Positions 26,771-36,673 of a stretch of DNA of 64,000 bases are shown one piece after another. Below the pieces are notes generated by a model. The model had not been told where the DNA came from, did no database searches, and was given only the letters and a program-made list of their open reading frames with translations. Source of the stretch: Candidatus Poriferihabitaceae bacterium (GTDB lineage: Bacteria; Pseudomonadota; Gammaproteobacteria; Arenicellales; Poriferihabitantaceae). Each line of letters begins with the position of its first letter. Within the stretch, counting starts at the first letter, position 1. The stretch is from positions 2,222,454-2,286,453 of the forward strand of contig OZ242021.1 in NCBI GenBank assembly GCA_965204925.1, written 5' to 3'. Both the position numbers and the translations under genes were made by a program.

Positions 26771-28285
26771 TTGATGGAACAGTTTCTGCATATCCTGAAC
26801 CAGCGCTGGCTGGCTGTAGTCGAATACTTCGCATTCGACCCGGGCGCGCTTGCACAGCCGGACATGATCGTCCGGCTTGGGGTGCAGTTTTTCCTGCTGG
26901 TCTGTTCGGCGTTTTTCTCCAGCTCTGAAATCGCGTTATTCTCTCTCTCCAGACTTGACCTGCAGCAGCTTCGCCGCGAACGGAACCCCCAATCAAAAAC
27001 CATTCATGAGTTGCTGGATCAGCCTCGCCGGCTGATTATTTCCATCCTGAGCGGGAACGAACTCGTCAATATCGCCGCTACCGCCAACATGGCGTTCATA
27101 TTGATCGCTCTTTATGATGTCGATCAGGTCATGGCGATCAACTTGCTGGTCATGGTGCCGTTGATGCTGTTGCTCGGTGAAGTGACACCAAAAACTATTG
27201 CCGTCGGCAATCCGGTCCGTTACAGCACCCGTGTCGTGGCGCGCCCGCTGGCATTATGGATTAAGGTCATTGCGCCGGTTCGCTGGGTTATCCGCGGCAT
27301 TGCCGACCGGATTACGACCCTTTTCGTCGGTGAATCCAAGACTGCCGACAACATTCTGCAGGTAGATGAATTCCTGACCCTCGTTGAGCAGGTTTCCAAA
27401 GAAGGCGCCCTCGGAGACACCGAGCGCGCCCTGATCTATAACTTGCTGGAGGCCAACGAGACTGAGATCGTTGAGGTCATGACGCCGCGCACGCAGATGG
27501 CGTTTTTGAATATCGAGATGAGCGTTCCGGAAATGGTGGAGAAGTTTATTTCCTATCGCCACCCCCGCGTGCCGGTATTCAAGACCCACCGGGATAACCT
27601 GGTCGGTTTCATCCATGCCGAACATGTTTTGCGTCTGGTGCTGGACAACGAAGACCTTGAAGCACTCAGGCCGGAAGATATCATGCACCCCCCTGTAGTC
27701 GTGCCGTTGACCAAAAAAGTCGATGAGATGTTCGATTTCTTTCAGTCGAACCAGGTTCGGGCAGCGGCCTGCCTGAACGAATTCGGAGGGGTTGAGGGTT
27801 TCATCACCATGCGCGGCGTGTTGAACTTCATTTTCGGTGACATCAGTGGAGGGTCGAAAGCGACCGCGGGGCTTTATGCGGAAAAAGACTACAATATCTA
27901 CGAAGTGCCCGGAGACATGAAGCTCAATGATTTCAATAACCTGACAAATTTCGGGATTGAAGACCCGCGCATGACGACGATCGGAGGGTATGCTTTTCGC
28001 TTGCTGGACCGGCTGCCTCGGGAAGGGGATCAGGTGGAAAGCGAAGATATCCTGATCCGGATCGTCGAGATGGATGATCACCGTATTGCGAGGGTGCGCG
28101 TTGCCAAGGGCATGGACGAACATGAATTTGTCGATGCACAGGAGCGGGCGCCGACAGAAGAAGACGCCGTTGCCGGTTCAAGCGGGGGAGAGAGAGCCGA
28201 ATCCGGGGAAATTCCGGGAAATGTTGAAGAAACAGTCGGCGACAGGTCTGTAGATGAACCGGATTTGACAGAGAAAGCGCCATGA
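26771..28285 (+). CDS. CNNM/CorC-HlyC family transporter (DUF21 + CBS pair + CorC_HlyC)
   Basis: DUF21 start (…FFLLVCSAFFSSSEIALFSLS…), a CBS region, and a C-terminal transporter-associated domain (…IGGYAFRLLDRLPREGDQVE…IVEMDDHRIARVRV). The start is uncertain: TTG at 26771, ATG at 26774, or ATG at 26864 just before TM1. Confidence 0.8.
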   Translation: MMEQFLHILNQRWLAVVEYFAFDPGALAQPDMIVRLGVQFFLLVCSAFFSSSEIALFSLSRLDLQQLRRERNPQSKTIHELLDQPRRLIISILSGNELVNIAATANMAFILIALYDVDQVMAINLLVMVPLMLLLGEVTPKTIAVGNPVRYSTRVVARPLALWIKVIAPVRWVIRGIADRITTLFVGESKTADNILQVDEFLTLVEQVSKEGALGDTERALIYNLLEANETEIVEVMTPRTQMAFLNIEMSVPEMVEKFISYRHPRVPVFKTHRDNLVGFIHAEHVLRLVLDNEDLEALRPEDIMHPPVVVPLTKKVDEMFDFFQSNQVRAAACLNEFGGVEGFITMRGVLNFIFGDISGGSKATAGLYAEKDYNIYEVPGDMKLNDFNNLTNFGIEDPRMTTIGGYAFRLLDRLPREGDQVESEDILIRIVEMDDHRIARVRVAKGMDEHEFVDAQERAPTEEDAVAGSSGGERAESGEIPGNVEETVGDRSVDEPDLTEKAP

Positions 28286-29544
28286 CCGGAGTTGTATTGA
28301 TACTTGCCATTATTGTCCTGTTGCTGTTGAAGGGTTTTTTTTCCGGATCTGAAATTGCCCTTGTCAATTCGGACAAAGTGAAACTGACGGCGAGGGCCAA
28401 TCAGGGTAACCGCGGCGCCAACGAAGCGCTCAAGCTGTTCAAATCTCCCGATGTAATGCTGGGTACAACCCTCGTCGGCACCAATGTGGCAACGGTGGCG
28501 CTGACCACACTCGGAACCCTGCTGTTCATTGACGAGTTTGGCGACAAGGGGGATCTGTACGCGTTCCTCGTTCTTACCCCGCTTCTCCTGATTCTCGGTG
28601 AGATTGTCCCGAAGAGCATCTTCCAGCAAAAGTCGGACGAGATCGTTCCGATCGCCATTTATCCGATCAAGATATTTTCCCTTGTCTTTTATCCGGTGAT
28701 CTTCATTTTTTCACGCATTGCCCGCCTGATTGCCAGACTGGCGGGCAGCGGCAAGGTCGAGCAGAACCTGTTCATGACCCGTGAACAGATCCGGCTGGTC
28801 GTTGATATGACGGAGAAAACCTCTTCTGTGGATGCCTTCGACCGCGGGCGGATTCGACGGGTAATCCGCTTCGGGGAAACCACGGTGGGAGAGGCGATGA
28901 TTCCTGTTGCCGAAGTAACGGCGATCAGCGAGACGCGCAATATTCTGCGCGCCATAGCCACTGTCAGACGTAAAGGCTATAACCGGTTGCCGGTCTACAA
29001 AGGCAATACCAGCAATGTCATCGGCATCGCAACCCTGACCACCTGGGACCTGATGGACCCGGATATTTCCCGAAAGTCCCTTGATGACTTTATCAAACCG
29101 GCGCGGTATGTCCTGCCATTTCAAACGATCGATCATTTGTTGCCCATTCTGCGGCAACGCGACGATCACATGGCCGTAGTCGTGGATGAGTTCGGGTCCG
29201 CAATCGGTATCATTACGATGGAGGATATTGTCGAAGAAGTGGTCGGAGACATTGACGTCGGCTATGATTTCGAGGAGTATCTGCCGCGGCGAAAACGCTT
29301 TTTCCAGAAATTGCAGGAAAATCAATATCTGGTCGATTCAAGACAGCCGGTGTCGGGAGTCAATGAAATTCTGGAAATAAACCTCAATACCCGGGTGGCG
29401 CACACGATCGGCGGACTGGTTATGTCGCAGTTGGGACATATTCCGGAACAGGGTGAATACCTCGTTGAGCAGGGATACCGCTTCATTGTCGAAGAGCGCA
29501 CAGAAAAAGCCATTGTCAGTTTGAGAATAGAGCGCTTGCCGTGA
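28282..29544 (+). CDS. CNNM/CorC-HlyC family transporter, second tandem paralog
   Basis: LLLLKGFFSGSEIALVNSD (DUF21), a CBS pair, and …IGGLVMSQLGHIPEQGEYL…FIVEERTEKAIVSLRI. The start overlaps the upstream stop (ATGA). Confidence 0.85.
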   Translation: MTGVVLILAIIVLLLLKGFFSGSEIALVNSDKVKLTARANQGNRGANEALKLFKSPDVMLGTTLVGTNVATVALTTLGTLLFIDEFGDKGDLYAFLVLTPLLLILGEIVPKSIFQQKSDEIVPIAIYPIKIFSLVFYPVIFIFSRIARLIARLAGSGKVEQNLFMTREQIRLVVDMTEKTSSVDAFDRGRIRRVIRFGETTVGEAMIPVAEVTAISETRNILRAIATVRRKGYNRLPVYKGNTSNVIGIATLTTWDLMDPDISRKSLDDFIKPARYVLPFQTIDHLLPILRQRDDHMAVVVDEFGSAIGIITMEDIVEEVVGDIDVGYDFEEYLPRRKRFFQKLQENQYLVDSRQPVSGVNEILEINLNTRVAHTIGGLVMSQLGHIPEQGEYLVEQGYRFIVEERTEKAIVSLRIERLP

Positions 29545-30131
29545 TGCCGGAAATTGCATCTGGCGGCCTGATCCTTCCTGCGCTCGTGCATTGCTCCGAT
29601 TCAGGGCTGGTACACGATATCCGCTTTATTCCTTCGCCCAATTTCGATGACCGCCCCGACCGTCCGGATGTGTCCGTTCTCGTTATTCATGCGATCAGCC
29701 TGCCTCCCGGTTGTTATGACAATCACTATGTCGAAGACCTGTTCACCAACTGTCTTGATGTGCAAGCGCACCCTTATTTCAAAAATATAGCAGGGCTGGC
29801 GCTTTCCTCGCATTTCTATATCAGAAGGACGGGACGCCTGATCCAGTTTGTGTCGACCCATGACCGCGCATGGCATGCTGGTGAATCGATGTTCCAGGGG
29901 CGCTCCCGGGTCAATGACTTTTCGATCGGGATCGAACTGGAAGGCTGCGATCATGACGAATTCGAATCCGCTCAGTACAACAACCTTGCGCGGCTGACCC
30001 GTTGCCTGTTGTCGGCATATCCGAAAATCACCGTCGACCATATCGTTGGTCACAGCGATATTGCTCCCGGCCGCAAGACAGACCCCGGCCCGCGCTTCGA
30101 CTGGGAGCGATACCGGGAGTTTCTGGTTTGA
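29541..30131 (+). CDS. ampD: 1,6-anhydro-N-acetylmuramyl-L-alanine amidase AmpD
   Basis: AmpD-like sequence (…SPNFDDRPD…VLVIHAISLPPG…RAWHAGES…NDFSIGIELEG…VGHSDIAPGRKTDPGP.FDW). Confidence 0.85.
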   Translation: MMPEIASGGLILPALVHCSDSGLVHDIRFIPSPNFDDRPDRPDVSVLVIHAISLPPGCYDNHYVEDLFTNCLDVQAHPYFKNIAGLALSSHFYIRRTGRLIQFVSTHDRAWHAGESMFQGRSRVNDFSIGIELEGCDHDEFESAQYNNLARLTRCLLSAYPKITVDHIVGHSDIAPGRKTDPGPRFDWERYREFLV

Positions 30132-30190
30132 TCGAATCGCTTGACTAATACGTCATCGTGTTTTTTAATGCCCGCTCATTCGTTTGAAAT

Positions 30191-30266
30191 GGCCAGGTAG
30201 CTCAGTCGGTAGAGCAGTGGACTGAAAATCCTCGTGTCGGCAGTTCGATTCTGTCCCTGGCCACCA
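30191..30266 (+). tRNA. tRNA-Phe (anticodon GAA), with encoded CCA
   Basis: ggccaggtagctcagtcggtagagcagtggactGAAaatcctcgtgtcggcagttcgattctgtccctggccacca is 76 nt with a cloverleaf and a T-loop (GTTCGATTC). It closely resembles E. coli tRNA-Phe. Confidence 0.9.
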
Positions 30267-30283
30267 GTCATCCGGCAAAAGAT

Positions 30284-31258
30284 TCAGACGGCGGGGTTGC
30301 CCAGTCTGCGCATCCGCTTTTTGACCAGCGCCCTGCCTGCGCCGCCGCCGTCGTGCCAACTGTCCATCAGTTTGTCGACTGGCGTCGGGGTATTGCCGTA
30401 GTTGACATGGAAATAGCGATGATGGAGATGGTGGAAATAATCTCCGATCGGTACTTCGAACCCGCCTGGCAGTTTGAGGCGATTGAACCCCGAGTGGGAT
30501 ACGGCCGGGCTGACGCCCTGGTAAAGTCCGGTCATGATCAGCAGTACAGGATGTATCGGCACTACCCACCACAGGAAAAACAGGCTGAAGTAGATCAGGT
30601 GTTCCAGCGGGTGCATGGAAATCCCGCTCCAGGGACCAGTATTGGAGTTACGGTGATGCAGGTCGTGGGCGATGTTGAAAAGCGGGCGCCAATGGAGCAG
30701 TCGATGATTGAGATAAAAGTGGAAAGTCGACCAGAACAATACGCCGAAAGCCATGAGCGCGACATAGATCGGGGCTTCGTGAAAATCGACCCACTTCATG
30801 TGGCCGGAGGCATACCACCACCAGGTCAGGCACTCGTACAACGTCCAGACCGTGACACCACTGGCGAGACTCCAGAACATGTTGTCCCTGACCTGATCGT
30901 TGAATGTGAAACGCGCGTCCTTCCGTGCCATCCAGGCGGTATTGAATTTGTAATCGTTTCCCTGGCGGCGGCGGATGTAGAGCCACCAGTGGAGGCCTCC
31001 GGCGAACAGGGTGAGTACTGCGGCGTTGCGCAGCCAGATCAGCGCCATCCAGTCCGGGGAAAGCGCGGCCATCGTTTCCATGGACGGGGTTAGCCATAGC
31101 CACAGAATCACGGACAGGGCCGCAAAAATATATCCCCAGGGATACATCATGCCGATGAACAGATAGCGCAGCGCCTCCAGGGGCTTCGGCGGCCACGCGT
31201 ACAGGGGTGGAACGGGGATTGGTTCTTCGGGGCGGTAGCCGGAGGGGTCTGGTTTCAT
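30284..31258 (-). CDS. Fatty acid hydroxylase / sterol desaturase family membrane protein
   Basis: Histidine boxes (HFYLNHRLLH, HDLHHRNSN, HHLHHRYFHVNYG) in a multi-TM protein. Confidence 0.8.
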   Translation of the reverse strand: MKPDPSGYRPEEPIPVPPLYAWPPKPLEALRYLFIGMMYPWGYIFAALSVILWLWLTPSMETMAALSPDWMALIWLRNAAVLTLFAGGLHWWLYIRRRQGNDYKFNTAWMARKDARFTFNDQVRDNMFWSLASGVTVWTLYECLTWWWYASGHMKWVDFHEAPIYVALMAFGVLFWSTFHFYLNHRLLHWRPLFNIAHDLHHRNSNTGPWSGISMHPLEHLIYFSLFFLWWVVPIHPVLLIMTGLYQGVSPAVSHSGFNRLKLPGGFEVPIGDYFHHLHHRYFHVNYGNTPTPVDKLMDSWHDGGGAGRALVKKRMRRLGNPAV

Positions 31259-31468
31259 GAGAAGGACTCCTGTATTACAGACGAGTTTTGACCATTACCG
31301 TAATCAAGGCTATTATCCGATGAAACCCTGTTTGTTGCAATCTTGCCATTTATGTCCAGTTTCCTGAAATTCACCCGATCGGCCGCGCGAACTCCGGTTC
31401 CGTCAGGGTCGGCGGGTACGGCATCATTGTAAAGCTGTGTTCAGAGGCTGAATCGGGCAAGAGGCAAC

Positions 31469-33265
31469 GTGTTCGCATATGGGCAAAAGTCGATTCGGCG
31501 TCGAGTTTCCGTCTGCCGTCTTGACGATGACGGGAATACGGGGGAGCCGCGGATAACGCCTCTATTAAGGAGGGTACTGGAGAACAGGAGCATCGATCAT
31601 GTATCCGATCTGAGTCATTCCCTGGACGGTTTGTGCAGACCGGACTCGTTGAAGGACGGGGAGGTTGCCGCCGCTCTGGCCTGTGACGCGGTCGAGACAG
31701 GCAAGCGTGTTCTGGTTATCGGAGATTATGACACGGATGGCGCCGCCGCTGTCGCCCTGGCGTTGTGCGGACTGAAAGCCATGGGGCTTGCGCATGTAGA
31801 TTACTTTGTGCCTGATCGTTTTGAACACGGCTACGGGTTATCGCCGGAAATTGCTGAAGCCGTCTTGCAGAAAAACCCCGATATGGTGATTACCGTGGAT
31901 AACGGCATCAGCAGTGTGGAAGGGACTGCCCTGTTGAAGAGTAACGGGGTAAGTGTCATCATTACCGACCACCACCTTCCGGTAGGGAAAATGCCGGTTG
32001 CGGACGCGATACTGAACCCCAATCAGCCCGGCTGCGAATTTCCCAGCAAGGTCATTGCGGGTGTTGGCGTGATGTTTTGCCTGTTGTTATTGATACGGGC
32101 GAAATTCAGGTCGACCGGCTGGTTTGAAAAGGCGGGACTTGCCGTTCCCAACCTGGGCGCCCTCGTTGATCTCGTTGCTCTGGGTACGGTCGCGGATATG
32201 GTGCCGCTGGACCGTAATAACCGGATTCTCGTTGCCAACGGGGTTCGCAGAATCCGCTCCGGTAAATGCTGCCCGGGGATACTGGCGCTACTGGAAGCCG
32301 GAGGCCGGGACCCTGGTGATATGGTTGCTTCCGATTTCGGATTCGTGATTGCCCCGAGGTTGAACGCCTCTGGACGTCTGGACAATATTTCGACAGGGGT
32401 CGAATGTCTGCTGGCAAGAGACGCTGCCGTGGCGCGTGAATATGCTGATCAACTCGACCGGATCAATGAAAAAAGGAAAGGGATTGAGCGAGACATGCAA
32501 AACAGGGCGCTGGAAATCGTAAGGAAACTGGCGGCAAAACAAGTCGAATGCGGCCTTTTTGACGATCGACGACCCAAGGGATTCTGTCTTTATGACGCAG
32601 ACTGGCATCAGGGGGTGAGTGGGCTGGTCGCTTCACGCATAAGGGAAAGAACCGGACAGCCCGTGATTGTCTTTGCGAAAACCCGCAGTGGAAATTTGAC
32701 CGGCTCAGCCCGGTCGGTGGCCGGGCTGCATATGAAGGATCTGCTGGAGGGCATCGCCATGGAAAATAGCGGACTGATCGAGCGGTTTGGCGGACATGCG
32801 ATGGCGGCGGGGCTGACTATCCGGTCATCCGCTTATGAACAGTTTCGGCAAAGATTCCACGAAAAAATAGCCGGCTATTATGAGTGGGCCGGTATCAGCA
32901 ATACGATCGATACGGACGGCGAACTGCCCGCGCAGGAAATCAATCTTGCCAATGCGGAACTGATTCGCAATACTATGCCATGGGGCCAGGGGGTTCCTGC
33001 GCCCTGCTTCGATGGTGAGTTTGTCGTTCTGGATTGTCAGGTTATCGGACAGATTCATTTGCGTATGACATTACAGCCGGTAAACTGGACCACGCAACTC
33101 CCGGCAATCGCCTTCAGGGCGCTTGAACCGGACCAGGTTGTGCCCGACCTTGAAAGGGTGCGTGTCGTTTATCAACTGGACATCCGGAATTTCCGGGGGA
33201 GGAAATCCCTGCAACTGGTCATCGAATATCTTGAACCGATCACGGTGGAGCAGGGCGGGCGCTGA
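31469..33265 (+). CDS. recJ: Single-stranded-DNA-specific exonuclease RecJ
   Basis: DHH motifs (VLVIGDYDTDGAAAVA, ITVDNGISS, IITDHH) and a DHHA1 region (…GGHAMAAGLT…). GTG start. Confidence 0.9.
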   Translation: MFAYGQKSIRRRVSVCRLDDDGNTGEPRITPLLRRVLENRSIDHVSDLSHSLDGLCRPDSLKDGEVAAALACDAVETGKRVLVIGDYDTDGAAAVALALCGLKAMGLAHVDYFVPDRFEHGYGLSPEIAEAVLQKNPDMVITVDNGISSVEGTALLKSNGVSVIITDHHLPVGKMPVADAILNPNQPGCEFPSKVIAGVGVMFCLLLLIRAKFRSTGWFEKAGLAVPNLGALVDLVALGTVADMVPLDRNNRILVANGVRRIRSGKCCPGILALLEAGGRDPGDMVASDFGFVIAPRLNASGRLDNISTGVECLLARDAAVAREYADQLDRINEKRKGIERDMQNRALEIVRKLAAKQVECGLFDDRRPKGFCLYDADWHQGVSGLVASRIRERTGQPVIVFAKTRSGNLTGSARSVAGLHMKDLLEGIAMENSGLIERFGGHAMAAGLTIRSSAYEQFRQRFHEKIAGYYEWAGISNTIDTDGELPAQEINLANAELIRNTMPWGQGVPAPCFDGEFVVLDCQVIGQIHLRMTLQPVNWTTQLPAIAFRALEPDQVVPDLERVRVVYQLDIRNFRGRKSLQLVIEYLEPITVEQGGR

Positions 33266-33852
33266 TGGGCGACAGGGTGGATGTGGACAGGGCTCTCGTT
33301 GAGCGCGTACGCGAGGGGGACAAGAGGGCTTTTGACTTGCTTGTGCGCAAGTATCAGTACCGTATCCGCAAGCTGGTCAGCCGATTCGTAAAAAACATAT
33401 CGGAACAGGAGGATATTGTACAGGAATCGTTTATCAAGGCTTATCGGGCGATCGGAAAATTTCGTGGGGAAAGTACATTTTATACGTGGTTGTACCGCAT
33501 CACCGTTAATGTATCGAAAAACTATCTGTCTTCCTCCGTGCGGCATCCTTCCCTGCAAGGATCAGATATTGATAATCTGTCATACGGACAGGCCGGGGAG
33601 CATTTAATCGAGACCAATACCCCTGAGCGGATACTGGAAAATGACGAACTGGCGGCAGCCATAAGGAAAGCCGTCAATAATCTGTCAGATGAATTGAGAG
33701 AAGCGATCCTGTTGCGGGAAATGGATGGGCTGAGCTATGAAGACATCGCTTTTGTCATGCGTTGCCCAGTCGGAACAGTACGCTCAAGGATATTCCGGGC
33801 GCGTGAGACGATCGAAAAATCAATCTCCCATCTTGTCGATCGGGGCAGATAA
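33265..33852 (+). CDS. rpoE: RNA polymerase sigma-E (ECF sigma-24) factor
   Basis: ALVERVREGDKRAFDLLVRKYQYRI…ESTFYTWLYRITVN…LSYEDIAFVMRCPVGTVRSRIFRARE matches RpoE regions 2 and 4. Confidence 0.9.
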   Translation: MGDRVDVDRALVERVREGDKRAFDLLVRKYQYRIRKLVSRFVKNISEQEDIVQESFIKAYRAIGKFRGESTFYTWLYRITVNVSKNYLSSSVRHPSLQGSDIDNLSYGQAGEHLIETNTPERILENDELAAAIRKAVNNLSDELREAILLREMDGLSYEDIAFVMRCPVGTVRSRIFRARETIEKSISHLVDRGR

Positions 33853-33943
33853 AAATGTGGCATAATGTGAGAAACTGGTGTGAACTTGCTGCGCCCGGGT
33901 CGTTCTAACCAAGTGATCGAAGGGCTTGCCGGAACCCCGAAAA

Positions 33944-34465
33944 ATGAATGAAACAATTTCACAGCTGATTGACCGGGAACTGGATGTTGACCAGCAGAGT
34001 TCGGCTATCGAAAAAATACTTGGTAATGATTCGGCGGGCAGGACATGGCAGAGTTATCAACTGATCGGGGATATTATGCGCGGCGATGTGGATCGGGTTG
34101 GCCCCGATCTGGCGGACAGGATCAGTGAATGTATAAAGGCGGAGCCGACTGTACTGATTCCGCGTCGGCCGGCGCCGCGAAATCATGGCGCCGATACCGC
34201 TATCCGGAAACCGGCCGGGCTGTTCGCGCTGGCTGCATCGGTCGTTGTCGCAGTGGTCATTGCATTGGGGCCGGTCGACGATTCAGCGCAACGTGGCAGG
34301 GCTACCACCGTTGAACAGCCCGGCCCGGAGTCATCCGGCATGGAATTCAACGAGATGTTGTCCGGGCACGGAGAATTTACCTCGTCCCCAGCCTTTAATG
34401 GCTTGCTTTCCTATATGGTTTTGGCAAGCAGCCAGACACCGGTCCGACCCGTTTCCAATCCATGA
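33944..34465 (+). CDS. rseA: Anti-sigma-E factor RseA
   Basis: The N-terminus MNETISQLIDRELD…WQSYQLIGDIMRGD is RseA-like, and the gene sits directly after rpoE. The ATG at 33944 is preferred to the TTG at 33926. Confidence 0.75.
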   Translation: MNETISQLIDRELDVDQQSSAIEKILGNDSAGRTWQSYQLIGDIMRGDVDRVGPDLADRISECIKAEPTVLIPRRPAPRNHGADTAIRKPAGLFALAASVVVAVVIALGPVDDSAQRGRATTVEQPGPESSGMEFNEMLSGHGEFTSSPAFNGLLSYMVLASSQTPVRPVSNP

Positions 34466-34485
34466 CGTAATGCAGGCAACGTGAC

Positions 34486-35448
34486 GTGGGTTTTGTTCGC
34501 CGGATAGTGGTTGCTCTGGCAGTCGGAGTTTTTCCGCCCCTTGCTGTGGCGGATGCAGCCGACTGGATCATGAAAATCAGCGAAGCGGCGACAGGCGCCA
34601 GTTTTTCCGGCACACTGATTTATGCCAGTGATGGCGAAATCAGGGTCATGGATGTCGCGCGCAGGGTTGAGAACGGTTTGATCCGGGAACGTATCTATTC
34701 GCTTGACGGAGAGCCCAGGGAGATCGTCCGCAACGAGAACAGGATCTGGTGCTATATGCCCGACCAGAACATGGTTGTCCAGGATTACTGGCGGGCTGAA
34801 GAAAGCGGATTTCCGGGGATACTTCCCGGTGATCTGAATCGACTCAGGAGGAATTACGACATCGAGGAGGGCGGCGAAGGGCGTATTGCCGGAAGGACGA
34901 CGATCATGATAAAGGTGAGCCCCGGAGACATCTGGCGTTATGGATATACGTTGTGGGCGGACAAGCAGTCCGGGCTGCTTTTACGTTCCGACCTGGTCGC
35001 TCGGGACGGCGAGGTTGTCGGACAATACCTGTTTGCCGATATCGAAATAAACGGGTTGATCGAAGACGCCCGACTCACTCCGGTCACCAATATGGACAAG
35101 CTGGAGCTATTCAATAATCTGGATCCGATATCCGAATCTTCCGAAGCCTCTCGCTGGTTATTTACAGAAATTCCGGACGGCTATCAATTGAGCAGCTATT
35201 TTCGCAGGATGTCGCCGATGGGAAAGGAGGAAACGGAACACTTTGTTTATTCCGACGGGTTGTCATCGCTCTCGGTGTTCATCAAGGAAAGCAGCCAGGG
35301 TCAAAACGTCATGATGGGAGCGAGCCGTATGGGCGCCGTACATGCTTACCGCGCGCGCAGCGGAAATCATCTGGTTACCGTAATGGGAGAGGTTCCTGCA
35401 GAAACGGTGAAGGTGATTGCGCAAGGCGTTCGGTTCGGCGCGGGCTGA
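34486..35448 (+). CDS. rseB: Sigma-E regulatory protein RseB (MucB/RseB family)
   Basis: 320 aa with a signal peptide and MucB/RseB-like sequence, positioned after rseA. Confidence 0.85.
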   Translation: MGFVRRIVVALAVGVFPPLAVADAADWIMKISEAATGASFSGTLIYASDGEIRVMDVARRVENGLIRERIYSLDGEPREIVRNENRIWCYMPDQNMVVQDYWRAEESGFPGILPGDLNRLRRNYDIEEGGEGRIAGRTTIMIKVSPGDIWRYGYTLWADKQSGLLLRSDLVARDGEVVGQYLFADIEINGLIEDARLTPVTNMDKLELFNNLDPISESSEASRWLFTEIPDGYQLSSYFRRMSPMGKEETEHFVYSDGLSSLSVFIKESSQGQNVMMGASRMGAVHAYRARSGNHLVTVMGEVPAETVKVIAQGVRFGAG

Positions 35449-35492
35449 TACTGGTTCGATCACTCCCTCTTGAGGGGGTTGGCAAGTCAAGG

Positions 35493-35510
35493 CCGCCGGC
35501 GCGCCGGCGG
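35493..35510. repeat. Perfect 18-bp GC palindrome downstream of rseB (possible hairpin; no U-tract)
   Basis: ccgccggcgcgccggcgg equals its own reverse complement. Confidence 0.6.
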
Positions 35511-35604
35511 GAGGATTGGAGAGGGGATGACCGCACACATACACAATGACGGCGGGAGCGGCTCGGGGTATGATAGCCGCTGGTCATTCCTGGACGCGTC
35601 TTGA

Positions 35605-36585
35605 ATGGGAAAAAAGAGATTTGTCTGTGCAATCGATCTGGGATCGAACAGCTTTCATATGGTGATTGCCGATGTGGGGGAGCGCGGCAGTATAAAAATC
35701 ATGGACCAGATGAGAGAAATGGTGCGCTTGAATGCCGGTCTCGACTCGCAGGGGACCTTGTCGGGAGAAGCCCAGGACAGGGCGTTGCAATGCTTGCGAA
35801 GATTCCGCCAATGGCTGGATAACATTCCCGCCCACCGCATACGCGCAGTCGGCACCAATACCCTGCGTAATGCACGGAACAGTGAGGTCTTCCTGAAGCG
35901 CGCTGAAGCCGCTCTCGGCCATCCGATTTCCGTCGTTTCAGGACATGAGGAAGCGCGGCTGATTTATCTTGGCGCGGCGTTCGGTCTGTCCACCCGCGGC
36001 AAACAAAGGCTGGTCGTCGATATTGGCGGCGGCAGTACCGAACTGATTGTCGGAAAAAGCCATAGGCCGTTGCACATGGACAGCCTTGAAATCGGCTGTG
36101 TCAGTCTGACCCGCAGGGTTTTTGGCGATGGATGTATCACCGGGTCACGCTTCAGGAAGGCTCGTAATCTCGTCTCAATCGAGTTGCAGCCCGTCATCGG
36201 CGCTTACCGCAAGTTGAAATGGCAGGAGGTGGTCGGTACATCGGGAACGATAAAAGCGGTAGACCGGGCTGCAAGGGAATTGGGTATGGAACAGGACTGG
36301 CTTTCTGCAAAAAGCATGGCGGAAGTGAAGAAGTGGCTCCTGGCCTCAAAAAACAGCCAGTCACTCGGTTATGTTTCCGACCAGCGAAAGCCGGTATTCG
36401 CAGCCGGTTTCGTAATCCTTGCGACAATCTTCAGAGAACTTGGTATCAATCGCATGGATATATCCCAGGGCGCCCTGAGAGAGGGAGTCGCTTATGATCT
36501 GATTGGCCGGTTGCACCCGGCAGGTCATTGTTCTATTGCCGGAGGACTGGAGCCGGACGCATCCCCTCACCGTATTCGATCTTGA
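35605..36585 (+). CDS. Ppx/GppA-family phosphatase, short form (no HD-type C-terminal half)
   Basis: FVCAIDLGSNSFHMVIADV…VDIGGGSTELIV… is the actin-like Ppx-GppA fold. The ORF ends at 326 aa, about 90 bp before the convergent apgM-like gene. Confidence 0.8.
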   Translation: MGKKRFVCAIDLGSNSFHMVIADVGERGSIKIMDQMREMVRLNAGLDSQGTLSGEAQDRALQCLRRFRQWLDNIPAHRIRAVGTNTLRNARNSEVFLKRAEAALGHPISVVSGHEEARLIYLGAAFGLSTRGKQRLVVDIGGGSTELIVGKSHRPLHMDSLEIGCVSLTRRVFGDGCITGSRFRKARNLVSIELQPVIGAYRKLKWQEVVGTSGTIKAVDRAARELGMEQDWLSAKSMAEVKKWLLASKNSQSLGYVSDQRKPVFAAGFVILATIFRELGINRMDISQGALREGVAYDLIGRLHPAGHCSIAGGLEPDASPHRIRS

Positions 36586-36673
36586 AAATGAAAAAACAGT
36601 CTTCGAGTCGCTGGGTTATGGACTGGAGGTTGCGATCAAACCGCCGTCGGGGCGGATTGCGGTTAATCGATGA

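Noticed and set aside
36641-36655. Small hairpin (ccgcc-gtcgg-ggcgg) between ppx and the apgM-like gene as a bidirectional terminator
   Set aside because: It has only a 5-bp stem and a 3-nt T-run on the minus strand, which is too weak to annotate.
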